Assembly: GCF_006345805.1 (NCBI RefSeq) | Contig: NC_043001.1 | Span: 25,234,001-25,298,000, forward strand | Direction: 5' to 3' | Source: Octopus sinensis | Taxonomy: Eukaryota | DNA: 64,000 bases | Part shown: one piece after another, positions 37,604 to 50,220 of the stretch | Numbering within the stretch: the stretch's first letter is position 1 | How the letters are laid out: each line of letters begins with the position of its first letter | Made by a program: the position numbers and the translations under genes | The notes under the pieces: model-generated | What the model was told of the DNA's origin: nothing | The model's database searches: none | The model's input: only the letters and a program-made list of their open reading frames with translations

Positions 37604-39074
37604 GATATCTGTAAAACAAATGAAAGGAGATCCAGAAATCCAAATGGCTACCTCAGTCAGCCTTCCCACAAATACTAACAGGCTGTATAGAAAGGAACAG
37701 TGCTTTAGTAGAATCATGTTTTGCACAAACTAAAAGGTCTAAGACAGTTTCTTCCCTTTTTTTGTTTGTTTTGTGTGTCTGTGTTTGTGTACGTGTGCAC
37801 TCTTTTTGTTGCTGGTTTATAAACATATTCAGTGTCTTTTGTGTTATCTATCTGTATACTCAATGCAAGTTCTTATACATGTTAGAAGTCCACTTCCGCT
37901 GTCAAAGTGTCTGTCTCATTGCTTTGAATATAATTTTGAAATGCTGCATATTTGAGTCCAGTCAGTAAGAATGTTTCCCGAATTAATGCTTTAAAGGTGT
38001 TTTTAATGCTGTTAGTATTTATTTATTTAGAGAGAGAGAGAGAGAGAGAGAGAGTGTGTGTGTGTGTGTGTTATAAAGTTTATCTTTGTGCTTGAAGTGT
38101 TTATTTTGAGATGCATTTTGTGCGGACCTGTGATGTTGGGAAAAGAGATAATAATGCTTTTTGTTTTCATTTTTATTGATATTGGTATTGTTCTTATTTT
38201 TTCTTTAAAGTTGTGTATTTTTTCTGAATTATTTGTAAATATTTGTTATTTGGATGTTCTTCTGTGAGGATTTTGTAAACTTTTGTATAATGTTTACCTT
38301 TGTAGATTGAGGTTAAAACTCACTTCATTCAGAATCATAGCTTCTGTCATTCTCTGACAGGGTTTGCACATGTGAAAGTCAAGATGTGAATGTTAAAAAA
38401 TTGTTCCAATCAAATGAGTTTACATCATTCAGCCAACTTTATAAAGTATTTGTTTTTATTATATCGGCAATGACAAATCTCACTGGCCCTTGATAAGATG
38501 CATCAGGCATTCTTGCTAGGATGATTTTTCATCATCCTCCTATAATTGTTTTTTAAACACAGCTTGTCCATAAGAGATGGACATTGCAGTAACTTTTTCT
38601 TTCAACAATGTATTTACATTAAGTATGATACATAGAGAGCTATTTTAATTTAGTATTACTTCAATTGTGTGTTTTGAATATTTATCAAATTTTAAGATTG
38701 CTGGGTAGTACACAAGGAGGATTTTACTGCAAATTCTTGCAGATTGAATGTCTATGTAAAGACTTATCATCTAACATGAGATTGCTGTGAATTCCCTCTT
38801 GAAAAATTAGGTGAAAATCTTCATGGAAGTCGATATTTAATGGGGGTTGCCAATATTATCAATGGACAAAGCAATAGATTTACAGGAGTTAAGGGTTCTG
38901 TCATTTGCTTAAGAAAGTACAAATTTAGTGTTATTGATAGATGACTAATAATGTGAGTTTGATGCTGAGCCATTGTAGGACATCAGAGTTCATATTGTGA
39001 GAATATACAGTCATCTCTGATGGATATGGTATGGGCAGTAAAAGGACTTTGATTTGATAAGTTTAGGACATATC

Positions 39075-39375
39075 ACAATATATATATATATATAAATAAA
39101 GCTGAAGTTGTCTCTGTGTGTGTGGCAGGTTTGGTAGCCTTCAACTAACATTATCTCCTCCGAGATCCTCTGGCACAAGTTAACTAAAATTGAGAGTCTG
39201 ATAGAAGAAGGCTTGCTTTTCATTCCGTAGAAGAAAAAATTCAAATCGGACCATGTTAAGACCAAAAATTATTTACATCAAAAAGGTGCTTTTTTTTCTA
39301 TGAAAATCCCTGTTTTTTACGATTTTTTTACTGCTGTGTCGCCATTTTTTGGTGTATTTCAACCAGAAAAATGTT
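39075..39375 (+). mobile_element. Possible non-autonomous Helitron/Helentron-like fragment
   Basis: Starts TATATATAAATAAAGCTGAAGTTGTCT(CTGT/GT)n, an architecture like HINE/Helitron-derived elements; no 3' hairpin seen. Confidence 0.35.
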
Positions 39376-39639
39376 TGAGGGTAAAAGTTTGTGTCATCTA
39401 GATTTGGAGATTTGACAGAGTTAAAAGAGCAAGGATTTACTGAACTTGACAGATGTGGAAATTATGATTACGTAGAGAAATTGTTACAAAGTTTCTCTAA
39501 AAAATCATAAAAATATGTCGATTGACTTGAAAAAAAAAAATCATTTCTCAGCATTGCATGTGAACTAATAATGGGGATTTTTGTTGTTTTTTGCACAAAG
39601 CCAGCAATTTTGAGGAAAGAGAATTAGTCTAAACTAACA

Positions 39640-39782
39640 ACCTAATACTTTATTTTATTGATCCCTGAGGGACAAAAGGCAAAGTCAACCCCAGTAGAAA
39701 TTGAACTCAGAATGTAAACAACTGGCAGAAACGCTGCTAAGCATTTTGTCCAACTCACTAATGATTCTTTCAGCTCACCGCT
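39640..39782 (-). mobile_element. SINE-C-like diverged 5' part
   Basis: aaggcaaagtcaacccc...gaactcagaa...gctaagcattt...cagctcaccgc. Confidence 0.65.
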
Positions 39783-40100
39783 CATCATCATCATCATCAT
39801 AATCATCGTTTAATCTGTTTTCCATGCTGGCATGGGTTGGACGGTTTGACAGGAGTTGGTCAGCCAGGGAGATGTCCAGACTTCAGTTGTCTCTTTTGGC
39901 ATGGTTTCTACAGCTGGATGCCCTTCCTGAAGCCAACCATTTTACAGAGTGTGCTGGGTGCACTTACACAGCACCAGCATGAGTGCATTTTACATGCACT
40001 GGTACGAGTGCATCTTACCTGGCACCAGCACAAATGCATTTTATCTGGCACCAGTACAAGTGCATTTTAAATGACAACTCCACGAGTGCATTTTTCATGG
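39783..40100 (-). mobile_element. Family B RTE 3'-end repeat variant
   Basis: (CAT)n plus ccatgctggcatgggttggacgg...gctggatgcccttcct, followed by tandem gcaccagca/agtgcatttta units. Confidence 0.78.
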
Positions 40101-40257
40101 CACTGACATCTACAAAGGACTTGATTGTATGGTTGGATGACTTCCATTTTACTTGACCAGGTAAATCTACATGTAAACTAATAATGCTGTTAAACATGGG
40201 TTATAACAACTCCCACAATCTACCAGCTTCTTAAGAGCTTTAATTACCATTACTTTA

Positions 40258-40622
40258 TCTATTATATAAAATCCGTTCTGTCTGTCTGTGTGTGTGTCTT
40301 CTCTGATCTTGGGCATCCTCCATCCAACTGCACCCAAATTTGATATGTAGATACTGATGGTATCAGGGCGTGTATAAGTTTTGAAAATATTACAAAAATC
40401 GATTCTAGGTGAGAATGCGATCGATAAAGCCGTGGGAACGTGCATTTGTACGCATAAGTATATCAGTCGAAATCCGTCTTTTACTGGTGTCTCAAATTTA
40501 GCTTAAATCAGTGTTTCTCAAAGGGGAGGTCTATGGGACGGTCGGACAAGTTGTTTTGAGAAAATTTGGTTTAAATGTTTGACAACTCAGCACCGTCCAT
40601 TGGACGGGGGGTGTTTTGCTCG
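40258..40622 (+). mobile_element. Non-autonomous Helitron-like element
   Basis: A|TC 5' end (TCTATTATATAAAA), (TCTG)n, subterminal palindrome CCGTCCA-T-TGGACGG (40593-40607), and CTCG|T 3' end (one change from CTRR). Confidence 0.55.
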
Positions 40623-40972
40623 TAATTCATATAAATGTTAAGGATTATTATATGGAGGAGTTCTTTCATTGTAGATCCAGCCATCATCAAGTGCTGTATT
40701 TCTACTACTTGTCTTATTTGGTGTTTCCATTGTATTGTTTATTTTTTCAATCATTTCTATTTGAAGTCGTATCTCCCTCGCTTATGCATTCTAAGAAGTA
40801 CTGCTAGTTTTTATTTGGGTGGAGGGATGGATAATACAAATTGAAAGATTTCAGCTGTTTTTCCATCATATATTTTTGCTTGATATTATTGAATGCACAT
40901 GTGCTTATTAGTATGCAGTTCTTTCCAAACATTTTTTGCTAACGCTTTTCATTTTCTTTTTTTATTTTATAG

Positions 40973-42057
40973 CTAATATTTCTCAAGATGGAACTCTTAA
41001 CGAAGTGTCTTCAAAACACAAGCAAATGGATAATCAGTCTACTGCTGCTATTTCAACTGCTGCAACATTAAGTTCAGGGGAAGATACTGTGGACAACTCA
41101 AGGGAGATAAATTTCATGAAACCCACAGATTCACCAAGTCACGAATCTTCAAATTCTCTTAAAGAAACTAATCTTGATGTAAACACTAGCGATGCAAACA
41201 AAACTTCTTTAAACCTTTTAGATTCTGCCGATTCCAACCTTGATAATGTTCCTGGTTCTAAAAAACAATCTTCGATCAGTGATAAATCAGAAATATGTAC
41301 AACTCAGAGGGGAGACGGCTGGGATAATAATTCTTGTTGCCTAACTTCAAATTCATCTTCAGAGCTGCCTTTGGAAAAAATAAACACTGGTGGCAAGTGT
41401 ACCAACATATCTCCTGTGGATTTGCAAACTGAGCAAAACCAACAAAATATAGCAATTTCAGATTTAGGTGCTAATACACATGTGCAACAACAAAATAGCA
41501 GGGAAGCTTCTAGTTTGCCACAAAATGAAGGTCACGGTGTTAAAGTTGAACTTTCATTGGCAGAAAGTGATAATGATGCCACAGCTGCTCAGGCAAGTGC
41601 CAGTTGTGAAGTGCCTAAAAGGTCTGAAAGGGTCATTTCCAAAACTAGCTTGTCTTTGGCGGATTCTTCCAAAGATGTAGACGACCACTTATCTAAGCGC
41701 AGTGATACAGACTCTCAGGACATAACACCTTCTGAGTCATTGAGTATTCCTTCAGATAAAGATATTGACGGTATCCCTATAGAAACTGCTGACAGTGAGA
41801 ATGGACAAGGTTTATCTAAAATTGCCCTAGATGGCTCATCTTCTGTGCAGAGTATTTACCATATAAAATGGATTCATTTTCAATCACAAAAGGTACCCAT
41901 TATTACTCAAAATGAAAATGGTCCATGCCCGTTGCTGGCAATAATGAATGTATTGTTGCTACAAGGGCGAGTAACTCTGGATTCTACTTCAGAATTAATT
42001 ACTTCAGAACAACTTATGGATCACTTAGGTGAATGCATCCTGCAAAATGTTCCTAAG
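40973..42057 (+). CDS. MINDY1/2: MINDY-1/2 (FAM63) deubiquitinase, first visible coding exon: long S/N/D/Q-rich low-complexity N-terminus plus start of the catalytic domain
   Basis: Polypyrimidine tract and AG at 40971-40972; first in-frame ATG at 41026; translation ends ...YHIKWIHFQSQKVPIITQNENGPCPLLAIMNVLLLQG...LGECILQNVPK, matching the MINDY catalytic Cys motif (Cys codon 41926-41928); donor GTAAGC at 42058, phase 0. The true start may be 41026 or lie in an unseen upstream exon. Confidence 0.93.
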
Positions 42058-42149
42058 GTAAGCAGAAGAAAAAAAAACTATTTTCTCTTTTTCAATTCAT
42101 AAATTTTTTCTTATTTTTGTTGTTGCTTTTTTTTTTCTATTATTATTGT

Positions 42150-42355
42150 CATTTAGGCACAAGGCCTGAAATTTAGGGGGAAGGGGCTGGTTGATACCAA
42201 CAACTCAAGTAAGCAACTGGTACTTTATTTTATCATTCCCAAAAGGAAGCAAGGCAAAGTCAAGCTCAGTGGCTTTTGAATTCAAAATGTAAAGATTGGT
42301 GAAATACCACTAAGCATTTAATCAAGCATGCCAACATTTCTGCCAGCTTGCTACC
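42150..42355 (-). mobile_element. SINE-C-like diverged copy in the MINDY intron
   Basis: actggtacttt...aggcaaagtcaagctc...gaattcaaaatgtaaag...ctaagcattt...ttctgccagct. A similar relic lies at about 43930-44103. Confidence 0.62.
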
Positions 42356-42370
42356 TTAAAAATCATTTAA

Positions 42371-42590
42371 CCCTTCCATTACCAACCCGGCTGAAACCGG
42401 CTCTGGCTCTGAGTACAAATGTCTTGTTTTCATAAGTCTTGAATTAAAATCTTCCACCAAACCTTAGTCACAATTTACCTTCCTAACACTAGCTTAATGA
42501 TAAGTAAGTTATTTTACTAAATTCTTTGTTATATTTAAAATAATTGGAAGAAATACATAGCATCTCAAAATAAATACAGTAACGAAAGGG
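42371..42590. mobile_element. piggyBac-type MITE (220 bp)
   Basis: TTAA|CCCTTCCATTAC ... GTAACGAAAGGG|TTAA: TTAA TSD on both sides and CCCT/AGGG termini. Confidence 0.82.
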
Positions 42591-43741
42591 TTAAAATATA
42601 AAAGGTTCTTTCCAGTTTTAACTCCCAAACTTCCAAGAATAATTTTTTTTCTCTTATTTTATGCATTGACTGTTCTTCTTAATGAAAGAAACTGTTCTTA
42701 AAACCTCACAGTTTGTTATTTAAACTCATTCTTTAAGTTAAATTCAAATTATATTCAGATTAGGTTTCACGAGATTTGTGCAAAATTAAAGTTTTTAATT
42801 TAATTTGATCTGATGCTTAAAGCTTTTAGTTTATATATATTCCAAGATAATGGTATTGATGAACAGGAATTTCTCCAGTTTCAAGTTTATGTAATTAATA
42901 TTCCTTAGAGTATTCCGTCTTAATTGTGCTAAATTTACATAATGTTTCTGGTCTCTGACAAGTAAATTGGAAAATATATTCATATGCATGAATTTATATG
43001 CAATTATTAACTTGTGTTATACATGTATTTGGTCTATTGATTATTGATTAGATTTAGTCTTCCACTTTAATTCAGAAATTAAATTTGCATTTTCATATAA
43101 AATATAATTGAAAGTATGAACTAAGAACAATTATTATATAAACAATCTTACAGTGGCATGTGCTTATAAAGAAATATTGAATAAAGTTTGAATTGCTGTT
43201 ATAGAAGAATCAAATCAAATTAAACAGATTTAAAATTCTTGATTTGCCAAGCAGGACCTTTTTATATCAATGGCATTTCATAAAACTGAACATTGACAAC
43301 TGTATGACAGATCTTCTATGTAATTGCTCTACTCATTAGAAATAGTACCCAAATCTCCTTCAGATAATACCCTAGATTTACAATATCTGAAATAAAGGTC
43401 TAATATTCACAGCTGGAAGGCCTTTGAGGAATGTCTCTTCTTAGTCAGAACTGACTTAGAGGAAACAACTTTTATATAAAAAACCATGAATTTATTCAGA
43501 TCAATTGATTTAGTTATTGTAATCAAATTTGTCGATCCTAGAAAGTTGATCAAGACAGTCTTCACTGGAAGGACTTGAACTTAAAACACTAATGTCTAAA
43601 TAGAACTAAATACCACAAGGAATTTACTCTGATACTTCTGTCAATTCACTGTTCTAATAATAACCTTTACAATTTTAAAATTTATTCTTAGAGAGTGTTT
43701 CTTAATGTTGAAATCTTATTGTATTTTTCCTTTATGAACAG

Positions 43742-43848
43742 ACAGCCTCAGAAGCTGATCGGTTAAATTACCAACAAAACATGCAGGATGGTATGGCAGT
43801 GGTCCACAAATTGCAAACTGGATTGGATGTCAATGTTGGTTTTAAAGG
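43742..43848 (+). CDS. MINDY1/2: MINDY-1/2 coding exon (TASEADRLNYQQNMQDGMAVVHKLQTGLDVNVGFKG)
   Basis: Acceptor AACAG at 43737-43741, donor GTAAGC at 43849; phase 0 in, phase 2 out; contains the MINDY motif KLQTGLDVNV. Not in the ORF track because it is too short. Confidence 0.93.
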
Positions 43849-45181
43849 GTAAGCCAGCTACAATTATAAAAACTAGTTAATTTTATATAAAAAAATTCTT
43901 TCTAATTTTGGTGCAAGTTCTGCAATTTTCTGGGAAGGGAGTTGATTACATGACCCCCAGTATTCAACTGATACTTTATTTTATCAACCCTGAAAGAATG
44001 AAAGGCAATGTTTTCCTTGATGACATTTGAACTCCAAACATAAAATGCTGGAAGAAATGCCACTAAGAATTTTCTCCGGCATGATAACAATTCTGCCAGC
44101 TTACCATTTCAATTTTATATAAGATATATTTACTCTAAAGCAGTTTCAGAGTTGTAATCTGTAGAAAGAGTAAACCTGAAAATATAACAATTGAAGAATC
44201 ATGATCTCAAACTAGCATTAGTCAGTTGTTATTTTGTTGTTTTATATGTTAGGTGAGGCTATATTCTGTTTAATCCAGAACACTTTGAGAAAGCAGCCAA
44301 GTATTAAAGGTATCAACTATTGAGACAAATATATTGGTATGAACTTGTGATATGAATGGACATCTCTGGTATTTGTTCCCTCTGCATTCACTCCTTTTTG
44401 TCCATGATATAGTTCTACCTTCATGAGTTTCAACCTGACTATGCTGAACTCTTAATCAGACTTTAGAGGAACATACATCATTATTATCATCATCTGATGT
44501 CCGTTTTCCATGCTGGCATGGGTTGGATGGATTGTTTTTTCAGATATAGGTATTTGGTTCATAACTTATTTTCTGGTGAGAGCAAAGTTCCTCATGACCA
44601 GCATATAATCAGTTTCCTGGTTTGACAGAGTAAACTATTTATATCACAAAAGATTTTTGTGCCTAATGAATTAGCTGATTTGCTTTTAATGTTAATGATA
44701 TTAAACATTATGAGTCCTAATTTGAGACACAAAAGAGAAATAGGTCCCCTCGAACCACATATCTATTACTTGTCAAGTGACCAGAATGCCTGCCTTTCCT
44801 CTTACGAAATTAGATACTCTAGTTTGTCCAGCTATTTTCTCTCCATAATATAATTTCTTTGTCATTTATCATAGAAGGATGGGTTATTCTATTATTTATG
44901 TCACATCAGCAGACCTGTTTGGTTTTTTTCTTGCTATATTTTTATCAGTAGCACACAAAAGTATGTGTCCAAATGTCTTCCGATATGGCTATAAGAATCC
45001 TCTAGTATAGTAATGATTTCCATATAAATGTCTCTCATAAAACTATTTTTTCTATTCTTCTATCAATTTTACTTTTGAAATTCACAAGTCCTTTTAACAA
45101 ACAGATAAATGGACTTATATAAATATCTTCTGTTGGCTTCTCTACTTTCATATATATTTATATATATATCATTTCTTTCAG

Positions 45182-45372
45182 TGTACAAGATTTTGAAATC
45201 ACTCCAGAATATATCATCTTCGATTTGCTGGGTATCTCTTTATATCATGGTTGGTTAGTTGATCCACAGTCACATGAAGTAGTATCTGCTATAGGTAAAT
45301 GCAGTTACAATCAGCTTGTAGAAAAAATAATTGTACAGAAGAATTCAGACAGCAATGAACAGATTACTGAAG
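45182..45372 (+). CDS. MINDY1/2: MINDY-1/2 coding exon (VQDFEITPEYIIFDLLGISLYHGWLVDPQ...SYNQLVEKII...EQITE)
   Basis: Acceptor TTTCTTTCAG ending 45181, donor GTGAGT at 45373; phase 2 in, phase 1 out; motifs FDLL.I.LYHGWLVDP and SYNQLVE. Confidence 0.95.
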
Positions 45373-45590
45373 GTGAGTTTGAACACATTACCCAATCAAT
45401 TATTATCCTAATAATTGTACTTCTCTTTTGTATGCTATTATTTATAATTAAAATAGCAAACACATTTGACATATGCTTACATGTACACAACACAAAATAG
45501 AGGCAACGGGAGATGTACAAATATGAGACCTTATCCAACCAATACCAATACTGAAAAAAATAGACAATAAATCAATGATATGGTTACCCT

Positions 45591-46009
45591 TTACTCTTTT
45601 ACTTGTTTCAGTCATTTGACTGTGGCCATGCTGGAGCACCACCTTTAATCGAGCAAATCGACCCCAGGACTTATTCTTTGTGAGCCTAGTACTTATTCTA
45701 TCGGTCACTTTTGCCGAACTGCTAAGTTACGGGGACGTAAACACACCAGCATCAGTTGTCAAGCGATGTTGGGGGGACAAACACAGACACACATATACAC
45801 ACATACATAGCATGGAAAACGGACGCTAAACGATGATGATGATATATACGACGGGCTTCTTTCAGTTTCTGCCTACCAAATCCACTCACAAGGCTTTGGT
45901 TGGCCCGAGGCTATAGTAGAAGACACTTGCCCAAGGTGCCACACAGTGGGACTGAACCCAGAATCATGTGGTTGGTAAGCAAGCTACTTACCACACAGCC
46001 ACTCCTGCG
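45591..46009 (-). mobile_element. SINE-A carrying a short family B tail in its internal microsatellite
   Basis: Full SINE-A; extra agcatggaaaacggacgctaaacgatgatgatgat at about 45809-45843. Confidence 0.88.
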
Positions 46010-46920
46010 TGGTTGTGTAGGATTGATTTTTATGGACCTTTAAAATATCTCTGAAATATTTTGTCAGTGTATTTCCTGATTCTGCTATAGCATTTATGTA
46101 CACACCACCATTTTGCTAACAGTAGCCCTCCCCCATTAACTCTCCTTGCTCCCCTCTGTTCCACAATTGTGTACTACGGACTTTCTCCCTGGCACAGTGA
46201 ATCTCTCTTGCGCTACACCCACTCAGGTTTCATGTCATCTGTGGAATTTTGTGCTGTCTTCTGGATCACCAGCTCCTGTTAAACTGTCCAACCTATGCCA
46301 GCATGGGAAACAGATGCTAGATGATGATGGTCAGAGCAACAAGATTATAATGACATGAAGATAGGTAACAACTGTAAAGACTGGGTAGGGTTGAAAGTGG
46401 ATGAAGTGAGTGGTAGATAAGGGATAGAGGAAGACCAATGATGCATGAGTTGGGGGGAGGTAGAGGGATGCAGAAGAGAGCAGGGTGGGGCAACAGGATA
46501 GTAACAATGATATAGTTGATAGGAGAAGGGAGAGAGAAAGATGACATGTAGTTGGGTTGGCTGCATGAGTGGTGAGAGAGAGAGAGGCAGGCATAGTGCA
46601 TGAAGTGAGTTAGTGGTTCAGGAAGGGAATCAGTGTAATGTGTGAGTGGAGAGAACAATATTGGTTTCAAATTTTGTCACAAGGCCAACATTTCTGGCAG
46701 ATGGGATAAGTCAATTACACCGACCTCAGTTCTCGGATTTAAAAAGGATGTAAGTCACAGTTGACCTTGGGCAGAATTTTTATAAGCCCTTAGAAATTTT
46801 ATAAAAATTAAATTATAACTATTATATGTATGCCATATCTTCTGTTATTACCTATGGTGGCAAAAAAGAATACTTCCAAATTTACTCATCACATGACAAC
46901 ACTCTAGTGAGTGTGAGTGT

Positions 46921-47625
46921 CATCATTATCATCATCATCGTTTAACATCCGCTTTCCATGCTGGCATGAGTTAGACGGTTTGACTGAGAACTGGCAAGTT
47001 AGAAGGCTGTACCAAGCACCAATCTGATCTGGATGCTCTTCCTAACGCCAACCACTTTGAGAGTGTAGCGGGTGCTTTTTACATTCCAGTCACAGTGGGT
47101 GCTTTTTACGAGTGCCAGTCACATGGTACTGGTATCGACCACACTTGAATGATGCTTTTTACATGCCACTGGGATGGAAGCCAGTCTGGCAGCACTGGCA
47201 GAACGTAATAGAGTACAGTCCAGAGCTTGTCCACCTTCAGATTTACCCTGTGCTGTTTTTTAATTATATATATATATATATCATCATCATTTATCGTCCG
47301 CTTTCCATGCTAGCATGGGTTGGACGAATGACTGAGGGCTGGCGAACCAGATGCTGCACCAGGCTTCAATCTTGATCTGGCAGAGTTTTTACAGCTGGAT
47401 GCCCTTCCTAACACCAACCACTCCGAGAGTGTAGTGGGTGCTTTTACATGCCAGTCAGGCTGTACTGGCAGTGACCTCGCTCAAATCTTTTACACATGCC
47501 ACCAGCGCGGGTGCCTGTAAGGCGATGCTGGTAACGATCACGCTCGAATGGTGTCTTTTACGTGCCACCGGCACGGAGGCCAGATAGCTGCTCTGGCAAC
47601 AACCACACTCGGATGGTGCTCTTCA
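46921..47625 (-). mobile_element. Two adjacent family B RTE 3'-end repeats (about 46921-47200 and 47281-47625)
   Basis: Two (CAT)n-started family B bodies separated by (TA)n. Confidence 0.82.
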
Positions 47626-48039
47626 TATATAATATATATATGTGTGTGTGTGTGTAAAATAATTATTAGTAACAGAAGCAGTATCAACAGCAAATGGTGA
47701 TATTTGTCCCCACTTGTGTTCATTACTATCTCCAGCATCTAAACGTATACCATTAACAAGGCCAGGGAAGGCTGAAATCACATGATATGGTAATCTTGGC
47801 AGTAGTGATGAAAGGTGATTTACCTCCTTTCTTGTGTTGTAAACAAGAGTGTTTATGTGCACTAAAAGCCAATATGAGAGTTTCTCTCAATGTACCTATC
47901 ACAAACATAACATCCACTTTTAAGCGGGACATATATGTGTATATATATATATATATTAGAAGAAAAAAAAACGGGATTAAAAAATCCAGGCAGATATCAT
48001 TAAAGCACTCAGCCCTAAACAAATCTAGGTAACTATATC

Positions 48040-48825
48040 CAACAATCAGACACCAGAAAATTGCCTGCAACCATTTGCATGTGAATGGAAAATCAAAAAA
48101 GCTCGACAAATGGGTACCACATGATTTGAATGAAAATCAGAAAATGCACATGAAATGAAACTTGCCCATCGCTTCTTCTCCATAACCAGACCGACCATAT
48201 TGTAACTTGTGGTGAAAAGTGGATTCTGTACCATAATAAAAAACGTTCTTCGCAGTGGTTGGACCAAAATGAAGCACCAAAAACCTTCCCTAAACCCAAG
48301 CTCTTCAAAAAGAAGGTTTTGATAACTGTTTGGTGGTGTATTGCTGGACTCATCCATTGTAACTTCTTAAACCTCAGAAAAACCATTACTACAGAAACAT
48401 ATTGCCATGAAATTGCCAAAATGAATGAGAAACTGCTACTCCTCCATCCCAGAAGAGGGCCAATCAGTCTTCATGACCATACTCAACCACACGTTTCACT
48501 AATGACACTCCAGAAGTTGAGGGGACTTGGCTACAAAGTTCTTCCCCACCTAGCCTTTCTCCAATTGACTACCACTTTTTCAAGTACCTTGCTGGTTTCC
48601 TTCGAGAGGAGTTCAAATATCAAACCGATGCTGAAAGTGCATTCAAAGAGTTCATCAGCTCCAGAACTCCAGATTTTTATGTTACCAGAATAAACAAACT
48701 TGTAACTTGTTGGCAAAAGTGTGTTGATTGTAATGGTACTTTGATGAATAAAATTTCCACATTGTTGAAATATATTGTGATGAATTTCATGTTTCAAAAC
48801 GTTGCTTACTTTTGACTCAGCCTGA
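48040..48825 (+). mobile_element. Mariner (DD34D-type) transposon relic, 5'-truncated
   Basis: KKLDKWVPH at about 48096-48122, TC.EKWILY, KKKVLITVWW, LHDH.QPH, INKLVTCWQKCV; the right end reads TA-TCAGGCTGAGTCAAAAGTAAGCAACGTTTT on the minus strand, like mariner TIRs; many stops and frameshifts. Confidence 0.9.
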
Positions 48826-48972
48826 TATTTCTCTTGTTGACGATTTCTTAATAGCTTATTGTTTCATTAAATTGGTTTTATAGCTTCTTTTGTTGTCTTT
48901 TATCTTTTTTTAGGTAAATTTTTTAGATAAATTAACAAAATATTGCTTATTTTTTACTTAGCCTGGTGTGTG

Positions 48973-49028
<56 letters not shown>

Positions 49029-49123
49029 TTGCATGTGATATTTTGTTCATGTCATTATTATGTCATCATTTCCAAAACAAATTAAACTTTTATTGTTTTT
49101 TTTTTATTATCAAATTCTTATAG

Positions 49124-49266
49124 CATTAATAGCAGAAACCTTTTTAGAAAAGACAGCTTCTCAGTTGACATACCATGGACTCTGTGAATTAAATAGCACC
49201 GTCAAAGAAGGAGAGCTCTGTGTTTTCTTCCGGAATAACCATTTCAGCACTTTATATGGGCATAAG
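49124..49266 (+). CDS. MINDY1/2: MINDY-1/2 coding exon with catalytic His (LIAETFLEKTASQLTYHGLCELNSTVKEGELCVFFRNNHFSTLYGHK)
   Basis: Acceptor TTATAG ending 49123, donor GTAAAG at 49267; phase 1 in, phase 0 out; His codon 49240-49242. The spliced Cys-to-His spacing is 182 residues, the same as I recall for human MINDY1 (C137/H319) and MINDY2 (C266/H448). Confidence 0.95.
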
Positions 49267-50220
49267 GTAAAGTTGATTTAATTTTAATCCTCAATTCCAT
49301 TATTATCCAGTCTTACAGAGAGTGATTATAGCTTGTTGACAAGTGGCTTTTCGCTATTCACATAAATAGCTTTGTTTTTGATGTTTGTGGATTTTTAATG
49401 ATTTTTAATCAGTTGTTGTAGAGGGACAGCAACTGGTTAGGACTAAAGGCATTTTTTTAGCCCTGGAAAGGAAAATTTTAATCTGCCATGCCTCCTGAAA
49501 TTCGCCAATACTACACCTGATATCTCCATATGCATGCACATATGTATATTATGACTCATACACTGTTCACTTTTCTGACTTTCGTACATAATTCTATATA
49601 CTGTACATGCACCTGAGCACTATACACAATAATTTCGTTACTTTTTTTTTACCTTACTGTCTTTGTTTTCGAAAACTGGGATTAACTTTAGAGTGCTGGA
49701 GTTATCTCCCTTGCATTTTGTTTTCTGGCTTTTTACTATCGCACTGTTGACAAATTATTCTTTGTAATTTGAAGTTTTTCAGGTCACCATTTTAATATGA
49801 GATTTTATCTTATCAACCTCATGATTTTTATGTCAGTTTTTCCCTACTTGAATAGGTTGGATGGGTGTTTTCCAACACAGCATCTGTTTTGATTCTTTTT
49901 ATCATCTCCTTTGTTAGGCTCAGTATCTTAAGGTCAGCTTTCACCACTACTGCCCACGTCTTCCTTGGTCTTCCTCTCCTACAGTTCCCTTCCACTTTGG
50001 ATCTGTCAGCACTTCTTTATCCATTTGTTGTGGAAATGAGGTGGAATGTGTTTTTATTTATTGTTGTTTTTTTTTTATACGGGTGAAAGAAACAAGTTTG
50101 GTATTTTCCAATTGGAAGGTGTTTTTGAGGTTTGTATTTATAGAAGGTTGGTATGTGATATCTAAATTGCTTGCTTGACATCCATTTTTGGTATATTTAC
50201 GTACCTTTGACGCAGCAGTT

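Noticed and set aside
40936-40972. TTG start and MLTLFIFFFYFI 'signal peptide' of ORF 40936..42102
   Set aside because: This is the intronic polypyrimidine tract and acceptor. Likewise 42058-42102 after the GT donor is intron.
46380-46660. Purine-rich block with G-runs (possible G4 or triplex); a similar block at 61190-61330
   Set aside because: Irregular low-complexity sequence without four well-spaced G3 tracts; probably decayed repeat.
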